Counted from the stretch's first letter, positions 37,729 to 48,634 are shown. The stretch: 64,000 bases of DNA from a virus (IMGVR_UViG_3300014203_000001:32001-96000), one strand, 5' to 3'. Translations and numbers: made by a program. Notes: generated from the sequence alone by a model not told the origin.

Positions 37729-38559
37729 ATGGCTAGAAACTTTTACGAAAGAGGAAGACAAAAACAGGAGCGTTATGAAAGCACAACTAATGGAGTTGGG
37801 GTTGGAGTAACGCCTGAAGGTAAACCAGTTGATGAGACTAGAGTACCTTCAAAGATCGCAATCAAATCAATTGAAATGGAAGGAACTTTTACATCTAAGC
37901 TTATCACATCTCAAAAACTTTGTGCTATGATTAATAAAGTAATGAAAGGCGTAAGCCCAGATTATGATGGTTCCAGAATCACAATCAGTGGATTTAAAGT
38001 AATTTGTGAGTTATTCTTTGCAGAAAACCCACATGTTCAACCTCGTGAGAATCAAATCAAAATCATCCAACACCGTGACACAGCTTATGGCTCTGGTAGA
38101 TTGAAAGACTTATCTACAATGATTGATCGTCATAATAATAGAAATAGAAGTCTTTCTATGTATGAACTAACTCAAAGTGGTAAAGAAGCTCTATCTGAAT
38201 TCTTACCATATGAGTATATCATCAATCGTGAAAAAGGAATCTATGATTGGAATAAAGCTGCAGTGCAAGATGTAGAACAAACTAACTTTGCAGGTCAAAA
38301 CAAGATCCTGTTAAAAGTACAATTTGATTTACAGAAATTCTTACAAAAGCTGTATGGATTTAAAGCTAGCGATGGCTCTCGTTATATTTATGAAGTAAAT
38401 GTAATGAAACCATTAGATGCTATCAAACTTCCAAATGGTAATATTGTTGCTACCAAATGGCAGTTAAACGTCCTACAAATGGATGAGCAAAATCTTACTA
38501 CTGCTTATGAAGAAAGCGGTCTAAGCCCATTACAAAATACGTTGAATATTATCCGCTAA
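37729..38559 (+). CDS. hypothetical early protein
   Basis: 276 aa between early promoter and terminator. Confidence 0.65.
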   Translation: MARNFYERGRQKQERYESTTNGVGVGVTPEGKPVDETRVPSKIAIKSIEMEGTFTSKLITSQKLCAMINKVMKGVSPDYDGSRITISGFKVICELFFAENPHVQPRENQIKIIQHRDTAYGSGRLKDLSTMIDRHNNRNRSLSMYELTQSGKEALSEFLPYEYIINREKGIYDWNKAAVQDVEQTNFAGQNKILLKVQFDLQKFLQKLYGFKASDGSRYIYEVNVMKPLDAIKLPNGNIVATKWQLNVLQMDEQNLTTAYEESGLSPLQNTLNIIR

Positions 38560-38566
38560 GAGAACA

Positions 38567-38602
38567 TATATGCAGGAGTAGTTAATTCTACTCCTGCATA
38601 TA
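38567..38602. terminator. hairpin
   Basis: tatatgcaggagtag-ttaatt-ctactcctgcatata. Confidence 0.7.
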
Positions 38603-38630
38603 AATTATTTTTTATGGAGGGTATATAAAT

Positions 38631-39023
38631 ATGGCTAAGGATACTAGTAATTTTAAATATACTGTAAATGAAGAGGTAGATGAGATAGTAGATGAAAAAG
38701 GTAATACTGCTATCTTATTTAGAAAGCTAGCTTGGGGTGAAGGTCAAGAGAAGTTAGAGATAAGAAAATGGTATGTTAATATTGATGGGGAAACTCCATC
38801 TAAAGGCGTTACTTTCTTAACAGAAGATGGTCCTCATAATCTAGTTCATGTATTTGCTAAGAAAGGCTTTGGTGATACAGAAACTATTCTCAATACTCTA
38901 AAAGAAAGAGATGATTTTGAAGAGGCTCTTTCTAATGTAATTGGTAAAAAGAAAGTAAAAGCTATCAAAGAACAGGATTCATCTGAGGTACAATACTATG
39001 ATCCTAAGGAAATGCTGGGGTGA
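38631..39023 (+). CDS. PC4/YdbC-like ssDNA-binding protein
   Basis: LAWG..KLEIRKW...SKGVTFLT motif. Confidence 0.65.
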   Translation: MAKDTSNFKYTVNEEVDEIVDEKGNTAILFRKLAWGEGQEKLEIRKWYVNIDGETPSKGVTFLTEDGPHNLVHVFAKKGFGDTETILNTLKERDDFEEALSNVIGKKKVKAIKEQDSSEVQYYDPKEMLG

Positions 39024-39029
39024 TTATAA

Positions 39030-39437
39030 ATGGCTATAGATAATGCAGACTTTGGTGGGTCTAAAGAAGGACCATTTAACCAATTTGCTTTGTGTCATTA
39101 TACAGAGAATAGCTGTAAGTATAAAGACGTAAATGGATATTGTATATTTGAGAACTGTGTTGTAGATGGAACTAATCCGCCCGCTGTATTGCTACACTAT
39201 TATGAGTGTATTATATGTAAGAATGTGGATTGCTGTACTCCAATGGATCTGAAAGCTCATATATGCACTCATTGTTTAGAAAGAATACAAGCGGCAGAAG
39301 TATTACCTCATACATGTAGATGGTGCGGAGCTTCGGTCGATACCCCACCAACTTGGATGTTCTCTGGTTTATGCGAAGAATGTTTAGGAAGATTAAAAAG
39401 AGCAGCATGGGAGCATGATTTTAATGATTTACGATGA
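39030..39437 (+). CDS. Cys-rich zinc-binding protein
   Basis: CIIC, CTHC, CRWC, CEEC pairs. Confidence 0.6.
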   Translation: MAIDNADFGGSKEGPFNQFALCHYTENSCKYKDVNGYCIFENCVVDGTNPPAVLLHYYECIICKNVDCCTPMDLKAHICTHCLERIQAAEVLPHTCRWCGASVDTPPTWMFSGLCEECLGRLKRAAWEHDFNDLR

Positions 39438-40479
39438 TAAGACTCCAATAGAATATGTATTATATGGACAGTTTATAAAGTATAATGCATTAAAGAATCT
39501 AGTTGGTTTAGAATTTGCAAACTCAGATGCGGACGAAGTAAATATATTCATAGATCTTAATCAGATGCTTTTACCAGCATTTAGATATCTTAAGATCCAA
39601 GATTATAACGTTATAAGTTCTGCTATTATAAACTACTGTGCTCATATGAGATCTTATTTTAGAACCAGGCATAGAGTAGAATCTAATATCATATTAGTAT
39701 ATACTAGAAATATGTCTGTTAATAATACTAAGTTCTGCTCAGAGTACAATAGCCAATACAGACTTAGAATGCAATCCAACGAGAAGATAATGGAAGCGGT
39801 AGATTATAATATAGATATCTTAAAAGTTCTATGCCCATATTTACCTGATATATATCTTAAACTAGGAACAGTAGAACCATCGGTTATAATTCATGATTTA
39901 GTATTGAATGAGTTTAATAATGGCAATCCAAATGTAGTTATATCAGCATCTCAATACGCTTATCAACTACCAGCTTTTACTCCAAATACTGTAGTGTTTA
40001 GGAAGAAGTTTACTAATAAAGAAGATACTTCTTATTCTTATAATCTCATAAACAGTATCAACGCTTATATTTATGAGACAAAGAATACAGTAGTGAATGA
40101 AGTTCTAAATACAAAAGCTATTAGTTTGGTAATGGTATTGAGTGGATTGCCTAAGAGAAATATCAAAAGTTTATTCGATATTAATAAGACTCTAAAGATT
40201 ATTCAAACTATTCCAGATAGTTGTCTTGGGGATATCGACGCAATGTATGGTTATATTAAATCATACTTAGATACAACTAAGTCTAAAGCTAATCTAGATT
40301 ATAATGAATTCTCTTGTAGATTTAAAGCGATAGACTTACAATATCAATATAGTATGTATGGATATCTACCAGAGTCGAAAGAACAATCTTATTTACAAAG
40401 GTTTAGTGACCCACAGACTGTAAGAGATATCAACGATAGATATTTCAGTACTGTACCTTTGGATCTAGAGAGATTATAA
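39415..40479 (+). CDS. 5'-3' exonuclease/T4 RNase H-like PIN-fold protein, possibly degenerate
   Basis: NIFIDLN, VEPSVII, VISASQYAYQL, LSG..RNIKSL. Confidence 0.5.
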   Translation: MILMIYDDKTPIEYVLYGQFIKYNALKNLVGLEFANSDADEVNIFIDLNQMLLPAFRYLKIQDYNVISSAIINYCAHMRSYFRTRHRVESNIILVYTRNMSVNNTKFCSEYNSQYRLRMQSNEKIMEAVDYNIDILKVLCPYLPDIYLKLGTVEPSVIIHDLVLNEFNNGNPNVVISASQYAYQLPAFTPNTVVFRKKFTNKEDTSYSYNLINSINAYIYETKNTVVNEVLNTKAISLVMVLSGLPKRNIKSLFDINKTLKIIQTIPDSCLGDIDAMYGYIKSYLDTTKSKANLDYNEFSCRFKAIDLQYQYSMYGYLPESKEQSYLQRFSDPQTVRDINDRYFSTVPLDLERL

Positions 40480-40485
40480 AAATAT

Positions 40486-40974
40486 ATGGAGGCTAAAATG
40501 ATTGTTAAAGCTTTAGTACTAGACGATATATATTATAAGTATGAAGAATTTGCTAAAAATATATACAAAGCAATGTATAAGAGCGAAAAATATAATAAAC
40601 TCAAATATATTAGACTGAAGATTAACAAAGACATTGGTTGCCCTCATGGTGTTAGTTATAAAAGCACAGTTACACTATTTTTACGCCAGATAATGTTAGA
40701 CAAAGGTAATATAATAGAAGAGGATATGAAAGGGTATATTGCCTTTGTTATAGCTCATGAGTTATCGCATCAATTGCAAGATATAAATATCAATTTGTAC
40801 CATACTGATATAAAGTATCGTAATTTTATCGAAGCTTCAGCTGACGTTGATGCCGCATCGTATTTAAAAGAAAACTACACTTCACTTACTAGAATAAGTA
40901 ATTTCTCTTTAAATATAATGCTAGATCAAGAAACAGCTGCTATAAATTATTTTAAACAATCTGGTAAATTGTAA
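40486..40974 (+). CDS. zinc metallopeptidase-like protein (HExxH)
   Basis: VIAHELSH...IEASAD. Confidence 0.6.
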   Translation: MEAKMIVKALVLDDIYYKYEEFAKNIYKAMYKSEKYNKLKYIRLKINKDIGCPHGVSYKSTVTLFLRQIMLDKGNIIEEDMKGYIAFVIAHELSHQLQDININLYHTDIKYRNFIEASADVDAASYLKENYTSLTRISNFSLNIMLDQETAAINYFKQSGKL

Positions 40975-41013
40975 AGTTTAATTTACAAAATATTATTAGG
41001 TAGGCGTAAGATA

Positions 41014-41217
41014 ATGAACGACGATGAAATACTAGAAGATATAAGAAAAAAGATAATGACAATAATACCACGCAATGCTATTTCTAATAATATTGATTTG
41101 GTAAAATACTATGCAAATGATATTGCTAGCAGATATGGGTTAGAAGTAGCATCTATTGTCGATGGGGGAAACAAAGTATTTAGGATTACTTTAGTTCCAA
41201 AAAGAATAAAAGTATAA
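41014..41217 (+). CDS. hypothetical protein
   Basis: 67 aa. Confidence 0.5.
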   Translation: MNDDEILEDIRKKIMTIIPRNAISNNIDLVKYYANDIASRYGLEVASIVDGGNKVFRITLVPKRIKV

Positions 41218-41229
41218 TTCAAAACATAC

Positions 41230-41255
41230 AAGGTAATAGGGAAACCTATTACCTT
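41230..41255 (+). terminator. GAAA-tetraloop hairpin + T tract
   Basis: aaggtaatagg-gaaa-cctattacctt-tatttttt. Confidence 0.7.
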
Positions 41256-41281
41256 TATTTTTTATAAGGAGGAGATAATCA

Positions 41282-43582
41282 ATGGCTCAATATAAATATA
41301 CTATAGAAATGACATTTGTGTGTGGAGAAACTGCTAAGAAGATCGAAGCAGAAAATATAAAGAGTTTCTTTATAGATAGTGATTATGAAAAGAATATTAT
41401 GCCAGCGATGTACGCAGTATTGAATATAGACAAGAATTTCTATGATGAGATAATAAAGAGTGCTAAGATAGCTATCATAAATACTAATATATATAAGATC
41501 GCAGTTGATGATAAGACTGAAACTAAGACTCTTACTGGGTATAGAGGGGCATGTTATTATTTCGTATCTGGTGATATAAACTACAATAAAGATATTGATT
41601 ATACTGGTCCTAATGCTGGTAGGAAAGATGTATATAAAGAAGTTCATTTAGGACTTATATACAAAGAATGTGTAGAGAATAATAAGCAGACTAATAATAC
41701 TACCATTGTTAATACAACTATGCTAAATTCTGTTATGAAATACATGCAGGATAAACCATTATTATTAGAAAATTTTACATACAATGAAGTTATATCACAG
41801 CTAATTGTTCCACCTAAAGATTCTCTGTATAAAACTATCGTATTTCTAAACTCTATAAAAGTATTTTATGATACCCCTTATAGATTCTTCATAGAGCCTG
41901 GGTGTATTTATCTAATAAGTAGTTCAGGTAAAGCTGTACCTAAAGCTAAAGAAAAGTATAAGAACGTTACATTTAAAATACACGCTATAACAGATAGCAA
42001 ATCTAATAAACTTGGTATGGATGAAGATAGCGATAACAAATTATATTCAGTAGATATAAGTGTATTAGATAGCCATTACACTATAGATAACGATACATGT
42101 AAAACAATAAACACAATCAGTTCTATAGTGAATCCAGCTAAGAGTAATTCTCTAATAGCTGGGAGTTCTATACAAACATCTTTGGCTAAAATCATTAAAG
42201 TAAAGAATGCTACTTTAAATAATATAATTAAGAAAGTAGCAGATATAAAGAAGATGGTATCCTCTACCAATACATGTAAAGTTATATTAAAATCTGATAG
42301 CAAAACAACTGATGTGAATATAGCATCTGTTAATGCTAATATCGATATAGCTATACAAGCTATTAAAGATGCACCAGAACCACCAGTTGCAGGAGAGGAT
42401 GGAGTTGTTCCTCCCCAAGATCCTAATGTAAAGTATATGACTTCTACTGAGAAACAAGCAAAGATAACTGAACTTACTAAAACTAAAAAAGATTTACTAG
42501 ATAAGCAAGCTAAAATGTCAACAATGAATGATGATTTTGTTAAGTCTAGTAATAAATTTATACAAGATTTAGGAAAAACAACCACTAATATACCAGGGAT
42601 GTTAAATTGCATACACCCTATAAATATAGCAGACAATATAGCCCCATTAAAATCATTATCTGGGGTGGTAACGAAATCTGCTTCTATTAATAATAAATTT
42701 ACTATAGATAGTTTATTGCCACATTCTGTTACAGCAAATGATATTAATAGTCTTATTGCCTCTTCTCATTCCACTATATCTGGACTGGGATTGCCAGGAT
42801 TAGAAGATGTAATAACTTCTGTATCGTCTAGTGTATCCGCAATCAATAGTGCGGCTACTAGAATTAATAGTACTATCAAAACATATCAAGCTTTTCCTGC
42901 TAAACTAAGTTCTATAAGTAGCACTATATCTACTCAACTTAAATCTTTTGATAAGATTAATACGAATATCAAATCTCAGTTTATAAATAAGAAAACAGAT
43001 CTTTCTACTACTCCTAATAAAAATAATAAGAGTTCTTCTAATAAGGCAACTTCTATAGCCACTGCTATGGTTGCAGGTAAAGTATTAGGTAGTCTAAAAT
43101 CTAAAGTGTTAAATTCATCAGCTTTAGCTGAGATAACTAAAGATATAACTAAGATAAAAGATATCTCTAGTCTAGGGCAATTAGGAGTTAGTAAATTTAA
43201 TATGAATCTTAATTTAGCAGGTGGGGTTAGCACGGTTACTGGCTCTAAGATAATTAAGATTGATAACGATAATGCCAATCAGCTAAAGAATATAAAAGCT
43301 AATATGGAAAATAAATCCAATAAACTTACTATAAATAAGAATGGATTAGATCTATCAGTGTTTACTATTAATAAAGAATATATAGTAAAGAACTATGATG
43401 CTCATTCTAATAAAGATGGTAAGTTTCTACTAAATAGAAAAGTAGAAATATTCATTAGAGAAGATAAGAAGTTTGTTTTGAATACTATGCTAGAGATGCA
43501 TAAACTAGCAGATGAAAACAAAACAGCTACAAAAGCAACAGAGTTAGGTAAAGATAAAAAGACTACTGATATTAAAAAATAA
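41282..43582 (+). CDS. virion protein, possibly baseplate hub with long S/T/K-rich insert
   Basis: 766 aa; beta-rich termini flank low-complexity helical middle. Confidence 0.4.
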   Translation: MAQYKYTIEMTFVCGETAKKIEAENIKSFFIDSDYEKNIMPAMYAVLNIDKNFYDEIIKSAKIAIINTNIYKIAVDDKTETKTLTGYRGACYYFVSGDINYNKDIDYTGPNAGRKDVYKEVHLGLIYKECVENNKQTNNTTIVNTTMLNSVMKYMQDKPLLLENFTYNEVISQLIVPPKDSLYKTIVFLNSIKVFYDTPYRFFIEPGCIYLISSSGKAVPKAKEKYKNVTFKIHAITDSKSNKLGMDEDSDNKLYSVDISVLDSHYTIDNDTCKTINTISSIVNPAKSNSLIAGSSIQTSLAKIIKVKNATLNNIIKKVADIKKMVSSTNTCKVILKSDSKTTDVNIASVNANIDIAIQAIKDAPEPPVAGEDGVVPPQDPNVKYMTSTEKQAKITELTKTKKDLLDKQAKMSTMNDDFVKSSNKFIQDLGKTTTNIPGMLNCIHPINIADNIAPLKSLSGVVTKSASINNKFTIDSLLPHSVTANDINSLIASSHSTISGLGLPGLEDVITSVSSSVSAINSAATRINSTIKTYQAFPAKLSSISSTISTQLKSFDKINTNIKSQFINKKTDLSTTPNKNNKSSSNKATSIATAMVAGKVLGSLKSKVLNSSALAEITKDITKIKDISSLGQLGVSKFNMNLNLAGGVSTVTGSKIIKIDNDNANQLKNIKANMENKSNKLTINKNGLDLSVFTINKEYIVKNYDAHSNKDGKFLLNRKVEIFIREDKKFVLNTMLEMHKLADENKTATKATELGKDKKTTDIKK

Positions 43583-43585
43583 ATT

Positions 43586-43621
43586 ATATACCACTACTCT
43601 ATATATAGAGTAGTGGTATAT
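43586..43621. terminator. bidirectional terminator, perfect 36-bp palindrome
   Basis: Lies between convergent genes. Confidence 0.8.
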
Positions 43622-43627
43622 TTTGTG

Positions 43628-45028
43628 TTATTTCATAGCTCCAAGAGCTTTCTTAATAGCATCTACTCCACCTGGGAAATTAGGATTAGTTTGTTTAGCT
43701 TTAGCATTGATCTCTCCAATAAGTTTGTTCTTTGCATTAGCATCTTTATTATTAGGATCTTCAATTTGTGCTATAGTTTTAGTATAGTAATCTTTATCTT
43801 TAGGATCTAAGTTTAGTGCAGATCTGTAATCCGATCCCGATTTGGCAACTTGAGTATCTCCATCTTTTCCTACATTAGCACTTACATGCATTCTAATTAG
43901 TTTCATATAATCATCGAATATTACATGAGCTGCAGTAAGCTTAGCTGCAAGAACAGCACCCGCATCTGTGTTATACGTTCTAATCTTCTTATCCAATTCT
44001 TCTAAATCGTCACCTTCTTGTACAGTTGGTTCTTTAGAAGTATGAACAGATTGCATATTAGCAGAAGCTTTCTGATCTCCAGTGGTAGCTGCAGCATTAC
44101 CAGATGTATTAGCAGCGGCTGCAGGGGTTTGTTTCTGAACTATTTGCATTCCATCACCTTCATTGATATATGAACCTATATAATTATCAATAGAAGACTC
44201 GCCTGTATATTCCCATTTATTAGTTGTAGTATTAATTTTCTTTGTTTTCTTTGGACCTGGGTTTCCAATTGGGTCGTTTTCACTACCAGGACCAGAGGTG
44301 GGAACGGCGTTATTGGCAGCGGCTGGAGGTGTTCCTCCTTCTGGTTTTGGTGGTTCGGTCTTTGCAGGTTCTGGATTTTTAGCCTTTTGAATATCTGCAC
44401 TAGCGTCATTGAAAGTTTTAGACAAAGTAACTTTATCTTTTTCAATAGCGGCTTTAGTCTTTTCAAAATCATGACAGTAGTTATACAAATCAGTCATATG
44501 AAGATTCTGCAGATTGGTAGTCTTTTTCTCTTCTCCACCTTCAAAGTATGCAACTGCATATCCTTTGAAGTCTTTATTAGCATCAGTGTAATCTTTTATT
44601 AGAAGAGTTTTAAAACTGATATCCGCAGAGTCTAATGGAATATCTTTCTTTACTGTACTAAATGCAGGAATAGGATTGGATACTAATCTGCGTATACCTT
44701 CATCGTATGGTCGCATTTCTAAATCTACATCTGCAGGTTTTTTATTTAAAATGATTTCTTTATACTTCTCAAGATAATCTTTTTCGCTAGCAATCATCTT
44801 GTTAGTAAACTCAACAAACTTAGCCCAGATTCTATTTAGGAATGCGATAAACTTATCCCATAAGCTTCTAATCTTATCTCCCACTGCTTCATGAATAGAA
44901 TCTAGTTTCTTATAAGAAGCTCCTTCATTAACACCAGTAATAGTTCTAATGAAACCATTCATCTTCTCATTCTCTACTGCACATTCTATTACATATTGAA
45001 AATATCTAGCATCTTCAGTATATCTCAT
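43628..45028 (-). CDS. internal head protein paralog 4
   Basis: HEAVGDKIRSLWDKFIAFLNRIWAKF amphipathic helix after an E site. Confidence 0.6.
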   Translation of the reverse strand: MRYTEDARYFQYVIECAVENEKMNGFIRTITGVNEGASYKKLDSIHEAVGDKIRSLWDKFIAFLNRIWAKFVEFTNKMIASEKDYLEKYKEIILNKKPADVDLEMRPYDEGIRRLVSNPIPAFSTVKKDIPLDSADISFKTLLIKDYTDANKDFKGYAVAYFEGGEEKKTTNLQNLHMTDLYNYCHDFEKTKAAIEKDKVTLSKTFNDASADIQKAKNPEPAKTEPPKPEGGTPPAAANNAVPTSGPGSENDPIGNPGPKKTKKINTTTNKWEYTGESSIDNYIGSYINEGDGMQIVQKQTPAAAANTSGNAAATTGDQKASANMQSVHTSKEPTVQEGDDLEELDKKIRTYNTDAGAVLAAKLTAAHVIFDDYMKLIRMHVSANVGKDGDTQVAKSGSDYRSALNLDPKDKDYYTKTIAQIEDPNNKDANAKNKLIGEINAKAKQTNPNFPGGVDAIKKALGAMK

Positions 45029-45030
45029 GA

Positions 45031-46305
45031 TTATTCTACCTCCGATACATAGTTTGGAATTAATGAAAGATCTATAGATTCGTTATTCAAAGTAGATTTC
45101 AATGCATGATGTAATAGTCTATCTTTACGTTCTTTCATCGCAGGGCTATCATGCGGATCATGAACGTATTGCTTATCTAGATGATGATTCTTATCATGTT
45201 TGTCATCCGTAGGAACTGCATATGGATTATAATTATGACTAATCTCCTCATCTACTACAGCTTCATTCTTAGCAAGGATCTTCTTAAATGCTCCATATAG
45301 AATGCTCTTATCCTGCCCGTAGCAATCTTTTAACGCATCTAATTTAGCTGAAAAAGCCATCAGATGCATATTAGCAATAGTAGTGATCTCCTGAGATTTA
45401 GCTTTCATAAATAGATCATATAGAGCAATCTTATCAGAAGATGTATCACCATCTATAATATCTTCAATAGATACTACTTCTTTACCATCTTGGGTAATCT
45501 TGTTTACGCTATCTAATTTCTTCTGAATCTCATTATATTTCTTTTCTATATTATCAGAATGGCGTTGAGTAGAAGTTTTCATCTTATCATAGTTAGTAAA
45601 GAATGATAATGCCTCTGTAACGATAGCATTTGTTACACTAATCTTACTAGTAGATGAATCACCACTACGATATATCTTAAACAGCTCATCTTTGAAATCG
45701 GTTTCACTAATATTGCTTTTAGCTTTGATACAAGCTTTTCTAATATCATCCATATAAGAATTACCATTCTTTGTATCTAGGAAAGAATCGTATGCTGTTT
45801 TCATAGCATCTTTCCCTTTAGCTTTCCCACTAGCATCTTTAAAATCTGCAATAGAATCGTCTAACTTTTGTAAAGGATTGATAGATGGTACATCTTCTTC
45901 GAATTTGAATGTGTACCCTCTAATATCAAACTCATGAATAGAAGAGAACTTAGCGAGATCCCCTTTGTGTTGTTCAATATACTTATCTCTCATAAACAAT
46001 GAGTTAATTCTAACCCAGAACTTAGCTAGTAGATTCTTAAGAAATTTGATAATGGATTTGATGAACTTCTTAATCCCATCAAAGAAATCAGAGAATGATT
46101 CTCTAATAAGTATAGCATCTCCGCTAGATTCATTAATTCCTTTATATAGAGCGGCATTTAAATAAGTAAACTCTCTATTCTTATTAGACAGAAAGTCTAG
46201 GGTTTCAATAAAATAAGAATCATCATTATATGAATCAGTACTCTCTATAGTAACAATAGAAGTTTGTTCATCTAACAATGATAATGCGCTAAATAGTTTA
46301 GACAT
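45031..46305 (-). CDS. internal head protein paralog 3
   Basis: RESFSDFFDGIKKFIKSIIKFLKNLLAKF. Confidence 0.6.
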   Translation of the reverse strand: MSKLFSALSLLDEQTSIVTIESTDSYNDDSYFIETLDFLSNKNREFTYLNAALYKGINESSGDAILIRESFSDFFDGIKKFIKSIIKFLKNLLAKFWVRINSLFMRDKYIEQHKGDLAKFSSIHEFDIRGYTFKFEEDVPSINPLQKLDDSIADFKDASGKAKGKDAMKTAYDSFLDTKNGNSYMDDIRKACIKAKSNISETDFKDELFKIYRSGDSSTSKISVTNAIVTEALSFFTNYDKMKTSTQRHSDNIEKKYNEIQKKLDSVNKITQDGKEVVSIEDIIDGDTSSDKIALYDLFMKAKSQEITTIANMHLMAFSAKLDALKDCYGQDKSILYGAFKKILAKNEAVVDEEISHNYNPYAVPTDDKHDKNHHLDKQYVHDPHDSPAMKERKDRLLHHALKSTLNNESIDLSLIPNYVSEVE

Positions 46306-46330
46306 TTAATTTCCTCCTTTTATAATATAA

Positions 46331-46356
46331 CAGGGAATACCAATTGGTATTCCCTG
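46331..46356. terminator. perfect 26-bp palindrome
   Basis: CAGGGAATACCAATTGGTATTCCCTG. Confidence 0.7.
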
Positions 46357-46374
46357 CAATGTAGTTTTATTTAA

Positions 46375-47442
46375 TTATCGGAATTCTACAGAACCGAAGA
46401 TATCTTCAGAACTTCCACCGTATGACTGCCAGCTAGCAGATTCTTTAACAGAAGCACGGATTACTTGTGAAGCGAATCCTTTTGCTTGTGAAATTTCGTT
46501 AGAAATAGCAGTTACTTGAGCACCAAGATATGCTTGCTTTGCGGCTAAACAACCTTTGAATGCACTAACGATAACAGGATATGCAGCTGTTCTCTTACCA
46601 GCATCGCCATCTTTTGGATCTTTAGTTTGAGCAGTAATGCTAGTATTTTGGGCTTTTTCAGTTAACTTGATAATTTCATTAATGTCTTTCTCAAGTTGTT
46701 TATAGCTATCAGATGCATCTTTTGCTGCTTTATCGTTTCCTAATACTTTAGCCAAATATGCAAAATCTACACCATCAACTTCAGATTTTGTACTTTGCCC
46801 ATCTCTAAAATGTTCAAAAAGGGCTTTATTATATTCAGATGCGCTGTAAGATCCGCTAGTTTCTCCAAGACATGCAGAACGAAATCCTTCAATCTTATCA
46901 TCTAGTTTTTCTCTACCATCTATAATTTTTTGAGCATCAGTTGCGCTAAAATCTAACGATTGAGCAGAGACACTAAACATAGCTGCCACTGTATTCGCGA
47001 TGCCTTCCTTATTCATACTGTTTTTGCTATCAAGATGGGTAAATTTATAACCGTGGAATTTCACTTTATCTTTATCAATCTTACTGAACTTCTCAGCCAA
47101 TTCTTTCTTGTATTTATCAAAGAATGATTTACCACCTTTGAATTGAGCATCTACGCGGCTCATGAAGCTATTGAAGATACCTTTCAATTTAGCAAGAATA
47201 CTCATGAAGAATTTCTTCACTTTTTCCCAGAAAGATCTAATAGCACCTTCGTTTAATGCACATTCACCTGATTCGCGAAGTGCTTTGTTTTCATGTAGAC
47301 CAATCGTAGTCATAAGAGCATTGAAATTACTTTCAGACTCTGCTACTACAGCAAGTACTGCTTCGTGGTAGTTACTAATATAGCAAGGTACAGCTTGAAC
47401 TTCAACTGATGTACCTAATGTGCTTTCACCAAAAAAACTCAT
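46375..47442 (-). CDS. internal head protein paralog 2
   Basis: MSFFGE; LNEGAIRSFWEKVKKFF. Confidence 0.65.
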   Translation of the reverse strand: MSFFGESTLGTSVEVQAVPCYISNYHEAVLAVVAESESNFNALMTTIGLHENKALRESGECALNEGAIRSFWEKVKKFFMSILAKLKGIFNSFMSRVDAQFKGGKSFFDKYKKELAEKFSKIDKDKVKFHGYKFTHLDSKNSMNKEGIANTVAAMFSVSAQSLDFSATDAQKIIDGREKLDDKIEGFRSACLGETSGSYSASEYNKALFEHFRDGQSTKSEVDGVDFAYLAKVLGNDKAAKDASDSYKQLEKDINEIIKLTEKAQNTSITAQTKDPKDGDAGKRTAAYPVIVSAFKGCLAAKQAYLGAQVTAISNEISQAKGFASQVIRASVKESASWQSYGGSSEDIFGSVEFR

Positions 47443-47457
47443 TATCTTTTCCTCCTC

Positions 47458-48570
47458 TTAATATACTGCTTCTAGAGCAGATAATACTTCATATTCAGCA
47501 GCTTCTTGTTCTACTTCAATCAATGAAGTATCTTCATGTTTCTTAGGATTGAATGCTACAATAGCAGCAGCAATTCTACGAGACTGAGCCACAGCAAATT
47601 TAATTTCAGTTAAAACAGCACTATTAGCAACACCAAGAGCTTCTTGCATAGCCTGAGCCTGCTTTTGTAAACGCGCAGCCAATTTCTGATGATTTTCAGC
47701 TTTACCACTAAATTTACCACCATCTGTTTTATCAGTATCTTTACCACTGAATTTATTACTGTAACCACCATGGGTTACATCTTTTGTACTGTCTACAGCA
47801 TAATCCGTAGCTTTACCTGCAAATTTTTCAATTTGTTTAAGGTAATTATTAAGACCTTTTTCTTGGTCTTCACCTAATTTCTTAAGTGTAGAAACTGGAT
47901 CTTTTTTGCCAGAAATATATTGAACATATTCGGCAATATTACTAGAGCTGACTTCGTGAGTAGCTTCTTCTGAATCGAAGCATTCATCATGGAAATCTTT
48001 ACGGAAAGATCCTTTACTAGCATTATTAACTTTAGGCACTACGATATCACTCAAATATTCATCCACTAAATCACTCTGAGATTTGTCGTCTGATAAATTT
48101 CCGTCTGGGCTGGCACCGTCTACATTTACTTTAATATTAGCAAAGCCAGATGTAGGTTTTGAATATTTCACTTTCAAACCATCAAGATCTTTTCCCGAGA
48201 AGATTTCTTTCTTATATTTATCAAAGAAAGCTCTACCGTCTTTACCCATCCAAGCTTCAAATTTAGCAATGAAGCCTTTAAAGATACCTTTAATTTTAGC
48301 GATAAGTTTTCTAACAAATGCTTTAACTTTTTCCCAGAAGCTAGATAAAGCACCTTCTTGCATTGCACTAACCTCTGATTCGCTAGCACCTTCTTGAACC
48401 ATTCTATGTTCTTGACGGTCAGCCATTAGAGATGCGGAAAACATATCCATATCATTTTGGAAACCTTCTACCATAAGCATTTGAGCACCAATTGTGCCGC
48501 TGTATCCTTCAGCAGCTTCTACACAAATATTGCCAATGCTGCCTATTTCGTTTTCACCGAAAAAACTCAT
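47458..48570 (-). CDS. internal head protein paralog 1
   Basis: Start MSFFGE at 48570; MQEGALSSFWEKVKAFV; late promoter at 48635-48646. Confidence 0.65.
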   Translation of the reverse strand: MSFFGENEIGSIGNICVEAAEGYSGTIGAQMLMVEGFQNDMDMFSASLMADRQEHRMVQEGASESEVSAMQEGALSSFWEKVKAFVRKLIAKIKGIFKGFIAKFEAWMGKDGRAFFDKYKKEIFSGKDLDGLKVKYSKPTSGFANIKVNVDGASPDGNLSDDKSQSDLVDEYLSDIVVPKVNNASKGSFRKDFHDECFDSEEATHEVSSSNIAEYVQYISGKKDPVSTLKKLGEDQEKGLNNYLKQIEKFAGKATDYAVDSTKDVTHGGYSNKFSGKDTDKTDGGKFSGKAENHQKLAARLQKQAQAMQEALGVANSAVLTEIKFAVAQSRRIAAAIVAFNPKKHEDTSLIEVEQEAAEYEVLSALEAVY

Positions 48571-48589
48571 TGTATATTCCTCCTTAATA
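48565..48589. repeat. 25-bp direct repeat copy 1 (RBS + start)
   Basis: actcattgtatattcctccttaata identical to 49008-49032. Confidence 0.85.
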
Positions 48590-48634
48590 AAATTCATAAT
48601 ATTATTATTTATGGAGAATTAACCTCCATAGATT

